DNA of 64,000 nucleotides, taken from NCBI GenBank assembly GCA_964610335.1, contig CAZSVP010000001.1, positions 223,442-287,441 of the forward strand. Reading direction: 5' to 3'. Position 1 is the stretch's first letter; each line of letters starts with the position of its first letter. Source of the DNA: an uncultured Candidatus Saccharibacteria bacterium (GTDB lineage Bacteria; Patescibacteriota; Saccharimonadia; CAILAD01; BJGX01). This document shows, in pieces, positions 29,169 to 38,821 of the stretch. A program made the position numbers and the translations under genes. Under the pieces are notes generated by a model that worked only from the letters and a program-made list of their open reading frames with translations, had not been told where the DNA came from and made no database searches.

Positions 29169-30692
29169 TTATTGGGAAGTAGGAGTAGCAGTTTGGGCTT
29201 TTACAAAGTCATCACCAACTGTGATCTCAAAATCAGCCACAGGGTACTTAACCGGTGTTGCCGGAGGGGTTGGTTTGACGCCTACCAGTTTCTCGAGGTA
29301 TGCAGCTGTGTTTGGTTTGGCACCGTTTGTGTAGTCTATTATTGAACTTGTAGCATTATTACGTGTTTTGGCATTGCCAATGCTGAGTATTTGAATAACA
29401 TCACCATCGTTATTGATCTTGGTACTTAACTTGCCGGCAGCCCCCGCAGTAGCAGTACCGTTGAGTATTACTATCTTTGGCTCTTCCTTCCAAATTGGCC
29501 CAAGCACAAATACGTTTTTGATAAATGCTTGAATGTCATCAAAGTTACCGCCGATAGGCAACAGGTCGGAGCTTGAACTATCTGTTTTCAAGAAGCCTCC
29601 TGGTTTGATTGAGAAGACTACGTTTATTATGTTTTGGTTACTGAGGTCCTTGGTGAGCTCGCGAAGTCGTAGTATATTCTTGATACTTAAGTCAGTTTTG
29701 ATGTTGTTGGCAGCTGTTTGGATCAGGCTAGTAACCTTGCTTGGGTCAGAAAGAGTTTGGATGCTCAAGGCTTTTTCGCGCACTTTTTGTAGCACTTCTT
29801 GTTGTCGGAGAGCACGCCCAAAATCATCCCCACAAGTTCCTTTGCGGCAGCGTGCGTATTTAAGAGCCGTCGCACCATCCATATGCTGCTGACCTTTTAG
29901 TATACGTATGCCGCAGCTGCGGTATTCGTTCTTCTCACATGGATACTCAGTGTCTATAAGATCTTCTTTAACGTCTACATCTATGCCTCCTACCGCATCG
30001 ACAGCTTGTTTGAGACCGCTGAAGTTAGCGCGTACATAGTAATGAATTGGTATGCCTAAGGTATTCTCAACAGTTTTCTTTGCCAAATCAATACCTTTGC
30101 CACCTTGGTATAGCTCACCATCGGCATGGGCGTTATTAATCTTGTTGTAGCCAAAACCAGGTATCTGCACTCGCGTATCTCGCGGGATACTGATCATAGC
30201 AACTTGGTTGGTCTTGGTGTTAAGGCTTACTACCATGTTGGTGTCAGCCAGTGTTTCGCCATCATGTCCTGGATCGCCCACACCTAATAGTAATATGTTG
30301 ACCCTACCATCGTCTTCGCCTTTGAGTTTATCAGTAAGACTAAAAGGATTGGTACTTACAGAACTAAGGTTCATAAACAGGTATACAAAGTAGCCAATAA
30401 GGGCTAAAAAGCCAAGTAATGCAAAACAAAACAGTACTACTTTCCAGCGCTTCTTTTTGGGCTTTGGGTTGTTTAGATTGATTATCTCGGTATCCATGGC
30501 AGAATCTTTCTTGGATTTCTTTGTGTCAACTACAGCATCACCATGGCCGCCCTTGGTAGATATGTCATTTTGTGGTCGAGCTTTGGGCTTGTCTCGCTTG
30601 GGCGAGTAAACAAAGTCAATCGCTCGCTTGCCGGCCTTTTTCTTATCCTCGACTGGATCGTAGGTGAAGTCCGGCTGCTGACTCTTTTTCAT
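29169..30692 (-). CDS. LCP family (LytR-Cps2A-Psr) cell-wall polymer transferase
   Basis: N-terminal basic region and TM helix. LCP domain region (NTDTMMVVSLN-like: DTNMVVSLNTKTN). Confidence 0.8.
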   Translation of the reverse strand: MKKSQQPDFTYDPVEDKKKAGKRAIDFVYSPKRDKPKARPQNDISTKGGHGDAVVDTKKSKKDSAMDTEIINLNNPKPKKKRWKVVLFCFALLGFLALIGYFVYLFMNLSSVSTNPFSLTDKLKGEDDGRVNILLLGVGDPGHDGETLADTNMVVSLNTKTNQVAMISIPRDTRVQIPGFGYNKINNAHADGELYQGGKGIDLAKKTVENTLGIPIHYYVRANFSGLKQAVDAVGGIDVDVKEDLIDTEYPCEKNEYRSCGIRILKGQQHMDGATALKYARCRKGTCGDDFGRALRQQEVLQKVREKALSIQTLSDPSKVTSLIQTAANNIKTDLSIKNILRLRELTKDLSNQNIINVVFSIKPGGFLKTDSSSSDLLPIGGNFDDIQAFIKNVFVLGPIWKEEPKIVILNGTATAGAAGKLSTKINNDGDVIQILSIGNAKTRNNATSSIIDYTNGAKPNTAAYLEKLVGVKPTPPATPVKYPVADFEITVGDDFVKAQTATPTSQ

Positions 30693-30758
30693 ATTGGTTT
30701 ATTATAACCGAAATCAGCCGAGTCTGTGACTAGAATGCTTAGGCTATTTGGCGTATAA

Positions 30759-31502
30759 TTGCGAGCTATGTTTCTACCTGTACAAAGTTTTGTTATGGCA
30801 GTGTTGGCATTTGTGAGCACCTGTGCTGGGGGTGGCTTAGCATACATTTTTCAAGATAAGCTGCACCGAGTACTAGGCTTCTCGGCGGGGTTTATATTAG
30901 GGCTACTGTTTTTTGATTTATTTCCAGAAGTTTTTGGACAATCACAAACACTTTGGCCTGCGGTTGGTGTGGCGGCAGGATTCTTGGGTTTTCATATAGT
31001 TGAGAAACTGGTTGCTGTGCATGGTAATCATGAACACGAGTACAGCCAACATAGTCATGCTGTGGTTGGTAAGTTTGCAGCCGGCGCGTTGATTGTGCAT
31101 AGCTTGCTTGATGGTATAGCGATTGGGGCGAGTTTCTTAATCAGTTCAGCCGCAGGTCTGAGTGTCTCACTAGCCATATTGGCCCACGATTTTACAGATG
31201 GTATGAACACAGTGGCTATTATGCTGCGACATCGTGACAAACCTCGTAACACATTTGGCTTTCTGCTGCTTGATGCAGTTGCCCCAATTGTGGGTGTGGC
31301 TATAAGTCTTTGGCTACATCCATCGGAGCAGGTATTACAGATGATAGTTGCAGTATTTGCAGGATTTCTGCTATATATCGCTACAAGTGACATTTTGCCA
31401 GAAGCTCATAGTAAACATCCCTCTAAGCTTACGTTGGTGTTTACAATTTTAGGTTTATTGCTGGCATTTGTTATTTCGATGTTACTTAGGTCTATAGCCT
31501 AA
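30759..31502 (+). CDS. ZIP family metal (zinc) transporter
   Basis: His-rich loop HGNHEHEYSQHSH and HSLLDGIAIG motif. Confidence 0.8.
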   Translation: MRAMFLPVQSFVMAVLAFVSTCAGGGLAYIFQDKLHRVLGFSAGFILGLLFFDLFPEVFGQSQTLWPAVGVAAGFLGFHIVEKLVAVHGNHEHEYSQHSHAVVGKFAAGALIVHSLLDGIAIGASFLISSAAGLSVSLAILAHDFTDGMNTVAIMLRHRDKPRNTFGFLLLDAVAPIVGVAISLWLHPSEQVLQMIVAVFAGFLLYIATSDILPEAHSKHPSKLTLVFTILGLLLAFVISMLLRSIA

Positions 31503-31541
31503 GGCTGATTATTGTTACAATACAAATAGTCCGCTAGATCC

Positions 31542-32015
31542 ATGGGAGGATCCGTGAACCTCGACACAGCATTGCAAGAAGTTCGAAGTATCTTCGACAA
31601 TGACGATCGGCCTGACGATGCTGGATACGTCAGTGTTGAAGTAGCCGCCAGACAGTTCGTAGCGGGCTTGGATCAACAAGCCTTCTGGAAAGTCTTTCAG
31701 CAAGCCAGTACTGACCCGATCATCAAGGCCGAGGCGGGTACAGTCACGGTGACGAGCAGCATGCTTGTAGACGTGCCAGCATGTACGCTCAAGTTGATGC
31801 TGACCCAGTTGCTGCGCTGCGATGCCAAGCTTTGTCAGTTGGAGGAGGAGCGCCATCAGGAGGCCCGCGACTTGGGCATGTTGCCCAGGGTTGTTAAACG
31901 GCCAAACGGCAGTAGCGCAATCGTTTATGGGCCACACAGAAGTTCGAAACCGATCGATGATGCGAGCTTCTGGGATCAGCGAAGGGCCCAACAAGCTCAG
32001 CTTGCAAGCAGGTGA
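31542..32015 (+). CDS. Hypothetical protein in a GC-rich segment. Strand choice tentative
   Basis: 157 aa. The plus-strand frame has more protein-like composition than the overlapping minus ORF. Confidence 0.35.
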   Translation: MGGSVNLDTALQEVRSIFDNDDRPDDAGYVSVEVAARQFVAGLDQQAFWKVFQQASTDPIIKAEAGTVTVTSSMLVDVPACTLKLMLTQLLRCDAKLCQLEEERHQEARDLGMLPRVVKRPNGSSAIVYGPHRSSKPIDDASFWDQRRAQQAQLASR

Positions 32016-32095
32016 CAATCAGCCCATCGAGGCGAGCCAGAGGGGGCCCGCCTCGGCGGGTTCCCTACAGTTATTATTTACAGAAGGACAAATTA

Positions 32096-32538
32096 TGAGC
32101 AAAACTAGCCATGCTCGACACGAGCACAAGAAACACGCTAAATCCAGTGCAGCTATGGGGGACCATATTGATACAAGTTTTCACGAGCCCTCAGTATGGG
32201 TAGACGCCGGCATTGTGATCTGTTTACTTAGCCTGGCATTTTTCTTTATTGTGCCATTTGCAAGTTTTATGTCCACCAATCTAGTGCTAATAATGTTGGC
32301 GTTATTTTCTATCGTGATTGTAGTATTTATGGCTATGGTGTGGCGAAATCGCCCAAGTCAAAGTAGTCACCCACGCCACATAGAAGCAGGGCATGTTACT
32401 TATCTAGCGGCTATTGGGCTACTTAGTATAGCAATCGTTTTTCAGGTTATTAGGCATGAACTCGATGTATGGCTAGTTGTGATACTAGTCATACTAGTTC
32501 TGTTACATGCTATTTATCGAAGATCTGGGCGAAGGTAG
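32096..32538 (+). CDS. Hypothetical membrane protein
   Basis: Internal start MSKTSHARHEHKK with a His/Lys-rich N-terminus, then 4 TM. Confidence 0.45.
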
Positions 32539-32542
32539 GTAT

Positions 32543-32938
32543 ATGTCTGAAGAACAAATCAAACAAACTGCAGTCATCAAAGCCCCCGCGCAGGCTGTAT
32601 ATGATGCGCTTATGAACAGTAAACAACATGCCGAGTTTACTCGAGCTGCTGCAAATATTGAGAACAAGGTTGATGGTGAATTTAGTGTATGGGATGGCTA
32701 TGCAACTGGCAAGAACCTGGAGCTAGACCCTGGCAAGAAGATAGTGCAGTCATGGCATGCTAGCGATTGGCCAGATGGAGTGGAGAGTACTGTTATTTAT
32801 GAGCTTAGTGAGAAAGATGGAGCTACCACTATTAACCTTACTCAAATTGGTGTGCCTGAAGAGTTTGTAAATGATGTAGCGCAGGGTTGGCAAGACTATT
32901 ATTGGGAGCCGTTGCAGCAATATTTCGATAAGGGCTAG
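32543..32938 (+). CDS. SRPBCC / Aha1-like (activator of Hsp90 ATPase homolog) domain protein
   Basis: Length and sequence fit AHSA1/SRPBCC small proteins. Confidence 0.6.
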   Translation: MSEEQIKQTAVIKAPAQAVYDALMNSKQHAEFTRAAANIENKVDGEFSVWDGYATGKNLELDPGKKIVQSWHASDWPDGVESTVIYELSEKDGATTINLTQIGVPEEFVNDVAQGWQDYYWEPLQQYFDKG

Positions 32939-32940
32939 CT

Positions 32941-33369
32941 ATGAAGATAGTATTGTTTATACATATGTTCTCACTAGTGTTGGCATATGGTGCAGTTTTA
33001 CTAGTTGATTGGGCAGGACTATGGTTTGTAGTAGGTCAAAAACCCAAAGAAGACCTACTTAAGCTCAGCCGGACTGCGCAGCCACTAATATGGCTTGGGC
33101 TTATTGGCTTAATTGTCTCAGGAATATTTCTGCATCCACATCTCAACAAGCCCATAACACAACTTAAGATGATATTAGTTCTAATAATATTTTGTAATGG
33201 TATCAATCTGCATTTTGTACAGCGTGCCATGTCATCTGAAAAGGTTGAGTCGTTTTGGCAACTACCTAGTAAGCTTAAACTATGGAGCGCTATTTCTATA
33301 ACACTATCTCAACTGGCATGGCTGGGAGCTATGATCATTGGATTTGTAAACACGGCAAGCCGATTTTAG
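32941..33369 (+). CDS. Hypothetical integral membrane protein
   Basis: 142 aa, 4 TM. Confidence 0.5.
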   Translation: MKIVLFIHMFSLVLAYGAVLLVDWAGLWFVVGQKPKEDLLKLSRTAQPLIWLGLIGLIVSGIFLHPHLNKPITQLKMILVLIIFCNGINLHFVQRAMSSEKVESFWQLPSKLKLWSAISITLSQLAWLGAMIIGFVNTASRF

Positions 33370-33428
33370 GTTTGAAGAGGTAGTTAGATCTGGAAATTAC
33401 CTAGTTTTTAAGATATAATTCCACCATC

Positions 33429-34337
33429 ATGAGTAAGCCAATATATGTATTGTTGTACTACAAGTTTGTCGATGTTGCGGATGCCAGGTTTGAGGTAATG
33501 CAGCATAAATTGGTGTGTGAGGGAATTGGCTTAAAAGGCCGTATTTTGATTGGCGAAGAGGGGATAAATGGCACCGTTGCTGGGCCACGACACTTGCTCA
33601 AAGCTTATACTCGGTATATGGATGGACACCCATTGTTTAAGGGGATCGTATTTAAGTGGAGTCCTGCCGGCAAGATGCCGTTTCCAAAGCTAATTGTCCG
33701 ATACCGCACTGAGATTGTAACATTAGGTAAAAATGTGGACATGAACAAAACCGGTAAGCGCTTAAGCCCAGAACAGTTTCACGAGATGTTGTCGAACGAG
33801 CAAGATATTGCGATTGTTGATATGCGTAATAATTATGAATACGAGGTAGGACGGTTTGAGGGGGCAATCCAACCAGACACCACTAAATTCTACGAGCTAC
33901 CTCAAAAAGTGAAAAACTTAAAACTAGACCCTAAGAAGAAAGTGCTTACTTATTGTACTGGTGGAATTCGCTGCGAAAAAGCAACTGCGCTACTGGCTGA
34001 AGAGGGGTTTGAGGATGTTTACCAACTAGAAGGTGGTATAGTGAAGTATCTTGAGAAATTTCCTAATGGCTACTTCAAGGGTAAAAATTTTGTATTTGAT
34101 GATCGTATGGTAACCAATACCGACACTCCAAGTGGCGGAGTTGTATTGGGTGAGTGCGCGCACTGCAAAGCTGCTTGTGATCGCTACATAGATTGTGCCA
34201 AGCCCGATTGTCATCAGCTTTTTATTTGCTGCAAAACATGTGAATCCGACTATAAGGGGCTGTGCCCAGTAGCTGTAAAAGATGGCACAAAGCACAAGCC
34301 ACTAAAAAAGAAGCATACTGTCAATTCAAGCGGTTAG
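33429..34337 (+). CDS. trhO: Rhodanese-domain tRNA uridine(34) hydroxylase TrhO/YceA family (UPF0176)
   Basis: N-terminal YYKF...GRILIGEEGINGT, rhodanese Cys loop CTGGIRCEKA, and C-terminal Cys cluster. Confidence 0.75.
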   Translation: MSKPIYVLLYYKFVDVADARFEVMQHKLVCEGIGLKGRILIGEEGINGTVAGPRHLLKAYTRYMDGHPLFKGIVFKWSPAGKMPFPKLIVRYRTEIVTLGKNVDMNKTGKRLSPEQFHEMLSNEQDIAIVDMRNNYEYEVGRFEGAIQPDTTKFYELPQKVKNLKLDPKKKVLTYCTGGIRCEKATALLAEEGFEDVYQLEGGIVKYLEKFPNGYFKGKNFVFDDRMVTNTDTPSGGVVLGECAHCKAACDRYIDCAKPDCHQLFICCKTCESDYKGLCPVAVKDGTKHKPLKKKHTVNSSG

Positions 34338-34343
34338 CGCTTG

Positions 34344-35666
34344 CTAAAGTTTTTTCAGTTCTTCACGTACAACTTTACGATCGTCCCATGGTTTTGATTT
34401 GCCATCGATCACAATAGTCTGTTCGGCACCTTTGCCAGTAATAAATACTAAATCGCCCTTGTTGGCTAACTCTAGGGCCTTGTGTATGCCAGCACGACGA
34501 TCTTCTATCAAGAAGAGATCTTTGTCGCGTTTTTTGCTAGCTTTCTCTGTGCCCTTTGCTATGTCTTCTATGATAGGCATTGGGTCATCTTCGTATGGGT
34601 CGACGTTACTGATCACAACATAGTCGGCAACTTTGCCAACAATTTCACCCATGATAGGGCGCTTTTTCCTGTCACGGCCACCGCCTTCGGCACCAAGTAG
34701 TACTATGATTTTCAATGATTTTGACTTCATGGCTTGGGCGCTTTCCATCAAGGCCTGCATACCAGCTTCCTCATGTGCATAGTCTACAAACACAGTAAAG
34801 CTTTGGCCTTCGTCAATTGGCTCCATTCGGCCTGGTATTGATTCAAGATTGCGAAAACCCTGCTCGATTTGTCCTGGCAGCACACCTAGCTCTCGAGCTA
34901 CAGCAACCGCTGCAGTTGCATTGGCAACATTTACAGGACCGACTATGTTTATGTGGTAATCAACATCGCGAACTACAAAGTCAGTACCTTCTTTGCTTGC
35001 CTTGATACTGCTAGCTTGGTAATCACTATCAGCCTTAATGCTGTAACCAACCTTCTTCTTGATGGGAAAGTTGGTGTAGGCAGCCGCGTGCTCACTGTCG
35101 ACATTTGCCACTATCATTGGTTCTATTTTCTTACCAGCTATTATCTTAGGTTTTTGACGAGCTGTTTGTGAGAACACACGCTTATTGTGCTTGTGTAGTA
35201 TATCCATTCGAAAGTTGTGCGGAGCCATGAGTTCTTCGGTAACATTGGTAAATACTAAAACATCAAAATGAATACCAACATGTCGATACTGAGTTTGGCC
35301 TTCCGATGGAACTTCCAAGACAACGTATTTACAGCCAGCTGCCACCATTTCTGAAAACAGCTTTTGTAATACAAAAGCACCCGGCATGGTTAGGTGGTAA
35401 GGGTTAAGCCTCTCTTGCTGACCTATTCTGATGTTGGCGGTACCTATTAGGCCAGCTTTAGCACCAGATGCTTGAAGTGTTGACCAAATCATGTTGGCAG
35501 TGGTTGTTTTGCCCTTGCTTCCAACAATACCAATTACAATTAAGCTAGTTGTAGGGTCACGATGGATAAACTGTGCAGTCCGTGATTCGCCATAGTGGAA
35601 GGCGTTCATAAGTGGCTTAGGCGTCAGTGGGCGCAGTCGTTTTTTGATAGTTTTGGTAAGCTTCAT
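34344..35666 (-). CDS. Mur ligase family protein (MurE-like, short N-terminus)
   Basis: P-loop GSKGKTTT, FDVLVFTNV, GRME, DYAHEEAGMQAL and GGRDRKKRP motifs. Confidence 0.65.
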   Translation of the reverse strand: MKLTKTIKKRLRPLTPKPLMNAFHYGESRTAQFIHRDPTTSLIVIGIVGSKGKTTTANMIWSTLQASGAKAGLIGTANIRIGQQERLNPYHLTMPGAFVLQKLFSEMVAAGCKYVVLEVPSEGQTQYRHVGIHFDVLVFTNVTEELMAPHNFRMDILHKHNKRVFSQTARQKPKIIAGKKIEPMIVANVDSEHAAAYTNFPIKKKVGYSIKADSDYQASSIKASKEGTDFVVRDVDYHINIVGPVNVANATAAVAVARELGVLPGQIEQGFRNLESIPGRMEPIDEGQSFTVFVDYAHEEAGMQALMESAQAMKSKSLKIIVLLGAEGGGRDRKKRPIMGEIVGKVADYVVISNVDPYEDDPMPIIEDIAKGTEKASKKRDKDLFLIEDRRAGIHKALELANKGDLVFITGKGAEQTIVIDGKSKPWDDRKVVREELKKL

Positions 35667-35758
35667 AGACCTAAGTATAGAGTTGATAGTTGAAACTATC
35701 CAGACTTGCTCATGGGACTTTGTACTTTTTTCTTATTACTTATATGATGTGTAGTATG

Positions 35759-36661
35759 CTAAAAATTATTCAAGCTTGTACTAACCTAGGTAGTGACAAT
35801 GCCGGCACTGAGAAGGCTCCACCCTATATATTAGACAAAAGCCTTAGAGCTGGGTTGGAACACAACTCTATAGCATACGCTGAGGCTCCAGCTGTACATG
35901 ACCCTGTAGATATTGTAGAGAACAAAACCACAAATCTGCATAACCATGCAGCCGTTCTAGAGTTTAGCAAGAATCTCAATCAAACTATTTTGGATGCAGT
36001 TGAGGCTGATGATATCGCACTAACTATAGGTGGCGATCACTCAGTAAGTATTGGGTCGTTTTTTGCCACTAAAGCAAATTATGAAAATGCTTGTATACTG
36101 TACATCGATGCACATCCAGATTGCACTACACCATCAACAACATTGACTGGGAATATCCATGGCATGCCAGTTTCGACAGTGCTTGGTGATGCTCTATACA
36201 TAGAGTTTGGTTTGCCCAAGTATAACTATGACGAAGTATTTATGATCGGTGTTAAAGATATCGATCCGGCGGAGACGGAATATCTTAACAAGCACTCAAT
36301 TGTGTATAAAACAATCGATAATATTACCCACGATGGTATTGGCCCGACTCTAGACGCATTACTAAAGCTTATCGGCAATCGTCCGCTACATGTTAGTCTG
36401 GATATAGATGGGGTAGATATCAGTGAGGCTCCAGGAACTGGCATACTCAACAAGGGTGGTCTTAGCTATCGAGAAGTTAGTTACATTTGTCGCGCTGTGG
36501 CCCAGAGTTGTAACATAGTGGCAATTGACCAAGTAGAAGTAAATCCTGATCGTGATGTTGATAACAAAACTACAGAATTGGCAGCAGAATTATTAGTAAG
36601 CTTACTTGGCGGCAACTGGGATGCATATACAAGGTATATAGAACTTCAGAAACAACGCTAA
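35759..36661 (+). CDS. Arginase/agmatinase/formiminoglutamase family hydrolase
   Basis: GGDHSVSIGS, DAHPD and SLDIDGVD manganese-binding motifs. Confidence 0.75.
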   Translation, partial: LKIIQACTNLGSDNAGTEKAPPYILDKSLRAGLEHNSIAYAEAPAVHDPVDIVENKTTNLHNHAAVLEFSKNLNQTILDAVEADDIALTIGGDHSVSIGSFFATKANYENACILYIDAHPDCTTPSTTLTGNIHGMPVSTVLGDALYIEFGLPKYNYDEVFMIGVKDIDPAETEYLNKHSIVYKTIDNITHDGIGPTLDALLKLIGNRPLHVSLDIDGVDISEAPGTGILNKGGLSYREVSYICRAVAQSCNIVAIDQVEVNPDRDVDNKTTELAAELLVSLLGGNWDAYTRYIELQKQR

Positions 36662-36694
36662 AGCATAGCCATTTTGAGTACTTGTTTGGTATAA

Positions 36695-37954
36695 TTGTCC
36701 TTAACTATGCCAGATCCAGACAATACATTTCCTATACCGCCACTTTCACCAAAAACCGATGGGACAAGTGCGGCCACGCCGGGAATGCCACCACAGCCAG
36801 GGGCCACACCACCCGGCCCTATGCCAAGCAATGATTGGGTTGCACCTTCTCAGCCTGCTGCAGCTACGCCTCCTCCAGTGGCACCACCAGTCATGGACCA
36901 ACCTGCACCTGCACCCATGTCTGCTCAACCAGCACCAGCGCCGATCACACCCGCCCAACCTGCACCTGCCCCAGTGCCACAACCAACGCCAATCCCTCAG
37001 CCAAGCATTCCAGTCGACGATGGACTAGGCGCACCACCACCAGGGGCGCCCGTTTCTGGCCAACCAGCACCAGCTCCAGTGCCGCAACCAATACCGCCCG
37101 CTGAAGCCACTGTTCCTATGCCACCACCAACCACAGAACCTACCAACATGCTTGATCTATCAGCTTCAGCAAATGCTGGGGTACCAAACCAACCAGTTCC
37201 ACCACCGGGCATGAGCCCAGCAGGCACTGGCCTACCAACTGACATGAACACCGATCTTATGGCTGCTGACGCCGCTATGTTAGGTACTGATGTAGCAGTG
37301 GAGCAACCCAAAAAGAGTAAGCTCAAAATCGTAATAATTGTGGCCCTTGTGTTTGTTGGTCTTATCTTGGTATTGAGTTTAGTTTTGTATCTCACTGGTC
37401 GATCAAGCCGTAAACCAGCCATAGAGCTAAACGAGACGCAGAATACCCAACAAACTCAAACTCAACCAGCCACCGATCCAAACGCTCCAGCTGCCATCCC
37501 AGAGGGCTTTGTGAAGATTACTCGTGATTGCTACAGTTTTGGGTTTCCAGCCGATAACACTATTCCTCCAGCTGAAAAATCCTGTTCTCTAAACGCCAAG
37601 ATCGGCAAGCTTGGACTTGGTAGTATGACGGTTGTTCCGAGCACAAACGTGGTTAACAACCTCGATGATTTGTTGGCAGTCGCCAAAAGCTCCAACAAAG
37701 TGCTAAGTGAAGAAGATACTAAGATCAATGGCGTTGCTGCCAAGAAATTGGTGATAGATGGAGGTGCTTCCGGCCAGTCAGTGAAATACTTGGTAATTGT
37801 GAAGGACAAGGGTTATACGCTCAATGGCAAGCCAGTCCAAAGCTTTGATATTACTATCTCTACTGGCCAAGACTTTTTCAAGAAAGTCGCCGATACAGCA
37901 ATTAGCACTTGGCAATGGGCTACTACGACACCTGCCGCAGCAACAACTCCATAA
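36695..37954 (+). CDS. Pro/Ala-rich membrane-anchored protein
   Basis: Long PAPAP low-complexity N-terminus, a central TM helix and a C-terminal domain. Confidence 0.5.
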   Translation: MSLTMPDPDNTFPIPPLSPKTDGTSAATPGMPPQPGATPPGPMPSNDWVAPSQPAAATPPPVAPPVMDQPAPAPMSAQPAPAPITPAQPAPAPVPQPTPIPQPSIPVDDGLGAPPPGAPVSGQPAPAPVPQPIPPAEATVPMPPPTTEPTNMLDLSASANAGVPNQPVPPPGMSPAGTGLPTDMNTDLMAADAAMLGTDVAVEQPKKSKLKIVIIVALVFVGLILVLSLVLYLTGRSSRKPAIELNETQNTQQTQTQPATDPNAPAAIPEGFVKITRDCYSFGFPADNTIPPAEKSCSLNAKIGKLGLGSMTVVPSTNVVNNLDDLLAVAKSSNKVLSEEDTKINGVAAKKLVIDGGASGQSVKYLVIVKDKGYTLNGKPVQSFDITISTGQDFFKKVADTAISTWQWATTTPAAATTP

Positions 37955-38042
37955 CTTCTCTATTGTTGTAATTAGCTCATAAATATGATATTTTTGTTCA
38001 ATCCGTGACAAGAGGTAACGGATTGAGACCCCTAGGAGACGT

Positions 38043-38399
38043 ATGCAAGCTCTGTCATATTCGGAGCGAGCAGAACTGGAAGCGGAAGCATCCAAAGTGC
38101 TCGACAGACACCTAGAAGAAAGGGAGGAACTCAAGCAACTGGTGCCAGACAGCAGTCACCCTGCCTATGAGGATGCAGTTGGCTACTTGGTCCACAACTT
38201 CAGCTCGCAGTACAAGGGCGGTCGGCGTACCGGCTTCATCATGAGTACTCAGCTCAGAAGTGGACTGGAGACCCACTTGCGTAATCGAGCTGCTCGACGC
38301 TTCATCGAGGCAGAAGCAGCCGGTCGTACGCATCATCGCTTTCACAAAGGCAAGACACGTGAAGGTCAGCAGATCCGGCGGCGGAGTGGCAGACGGTGA
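38043..38399 (+). CDS. Hypothetical basic protein (high-GC islet, gene 1 of 2)
   Basis: 118 aa. RBS aggagacgt. Stop overlaps the next start (GTGA). Confidence 0.4.
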   Translation: MQALSYSERAELEAEASKVLDRHLEEREELKQLVPDSSHPAYEDAVGYLVHNFSSQYKGGRRTGFIMSTQLRSGLETHLRNRAARRFIEAEAAGRTHHRFHKGKTREGQQIRRRSGRR

Positions 38400-38695
38400 G
38401 CTCGGCGCAGCGACACAAGGTCGCAACTCAGCTTGCTGAAGCCATGTCTGGCAATCCCATGTATCAATCAGTAGTAGAGAAGTTTGGTTTCGATGCTGTC
38501 GTCGGTGAGCTCACATCTCGTATGGGCAACCGGCAACGGCTGCAGCCCAGTGAGATCGAGACCTTCTTGACCAACACGTTGCCTCGTCGAGGTGACAACA
38601 TGGTCAACGATGCGCTTCGGATCAGTCATTCTCGTGGAGGTCGGCGTGCTCCGGCACGTCGTTTGGGACAGACCCCATCCTGGTTTGCCCCATGA
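38396..38695 (+). CDS. Hypothetical protein (high-GC islet, gene 2 of 2)
   Basis: 99 aa. GTG start overlapping the upstream stop. Confidence 0.4.
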   Translation: MSSAQRHKVATQLAEAMSGNPMYQSVVEKFGFDAVVGELTSRMGNRQRLQPSEIETFLTNTLPRRGDNMVNDALRISHSRGGRRAPARRLGQTPSWFAP

Positions 38696-38724
38696 ATTGA
38701 GGGAGGTTCCTCAAGTCGCGGAAT

Positions 38725-38770
38725 CAGCCGTCTGCACAGCGTTGTGCGGACGGCTGTTCCAATTTGTAGC
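38725..38770 (+). terminator. Stem-loop terminator after the two-gene islet
   Basis: 14-bp stem cagccgtctgcaca/tgtgcggacggctg with one G-U pair, followed by a T-rich tail. Confidence 0.5.
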
Positions 38771-38785
38771 CATAATATTGTAAGC

Positions 38786-38821
38786 TTGATACTTCGTACC
38801 TGATAAGTGATACTTGGTAAC
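38786..38821 (+). promoter_or_regulatory. Putative leaderless promoter of dnaG: TTGATA-N17-GATACT-N7-ATG
   Basis: Read directly. The same architecture occurs upstream of fpg. Confidence 0.4.

Noticed and set aside
31515-32018. 167-aa minus-strand ORF overlapping the 31542-32015 plus ORF
   Set aside because: Both frames are open in GC-rich DNA. The minus product is W/C/H-rich and less protein-like. The plus strand is preferred, with low confidence
36746-37422. Multiple overlapping ORFs on both strands within 36695-37954
   Set aside because: They are artefacts of the Pro/Ala-rich GC-rich repeat. The long plus-strand frame with a TM helix is the coherent one
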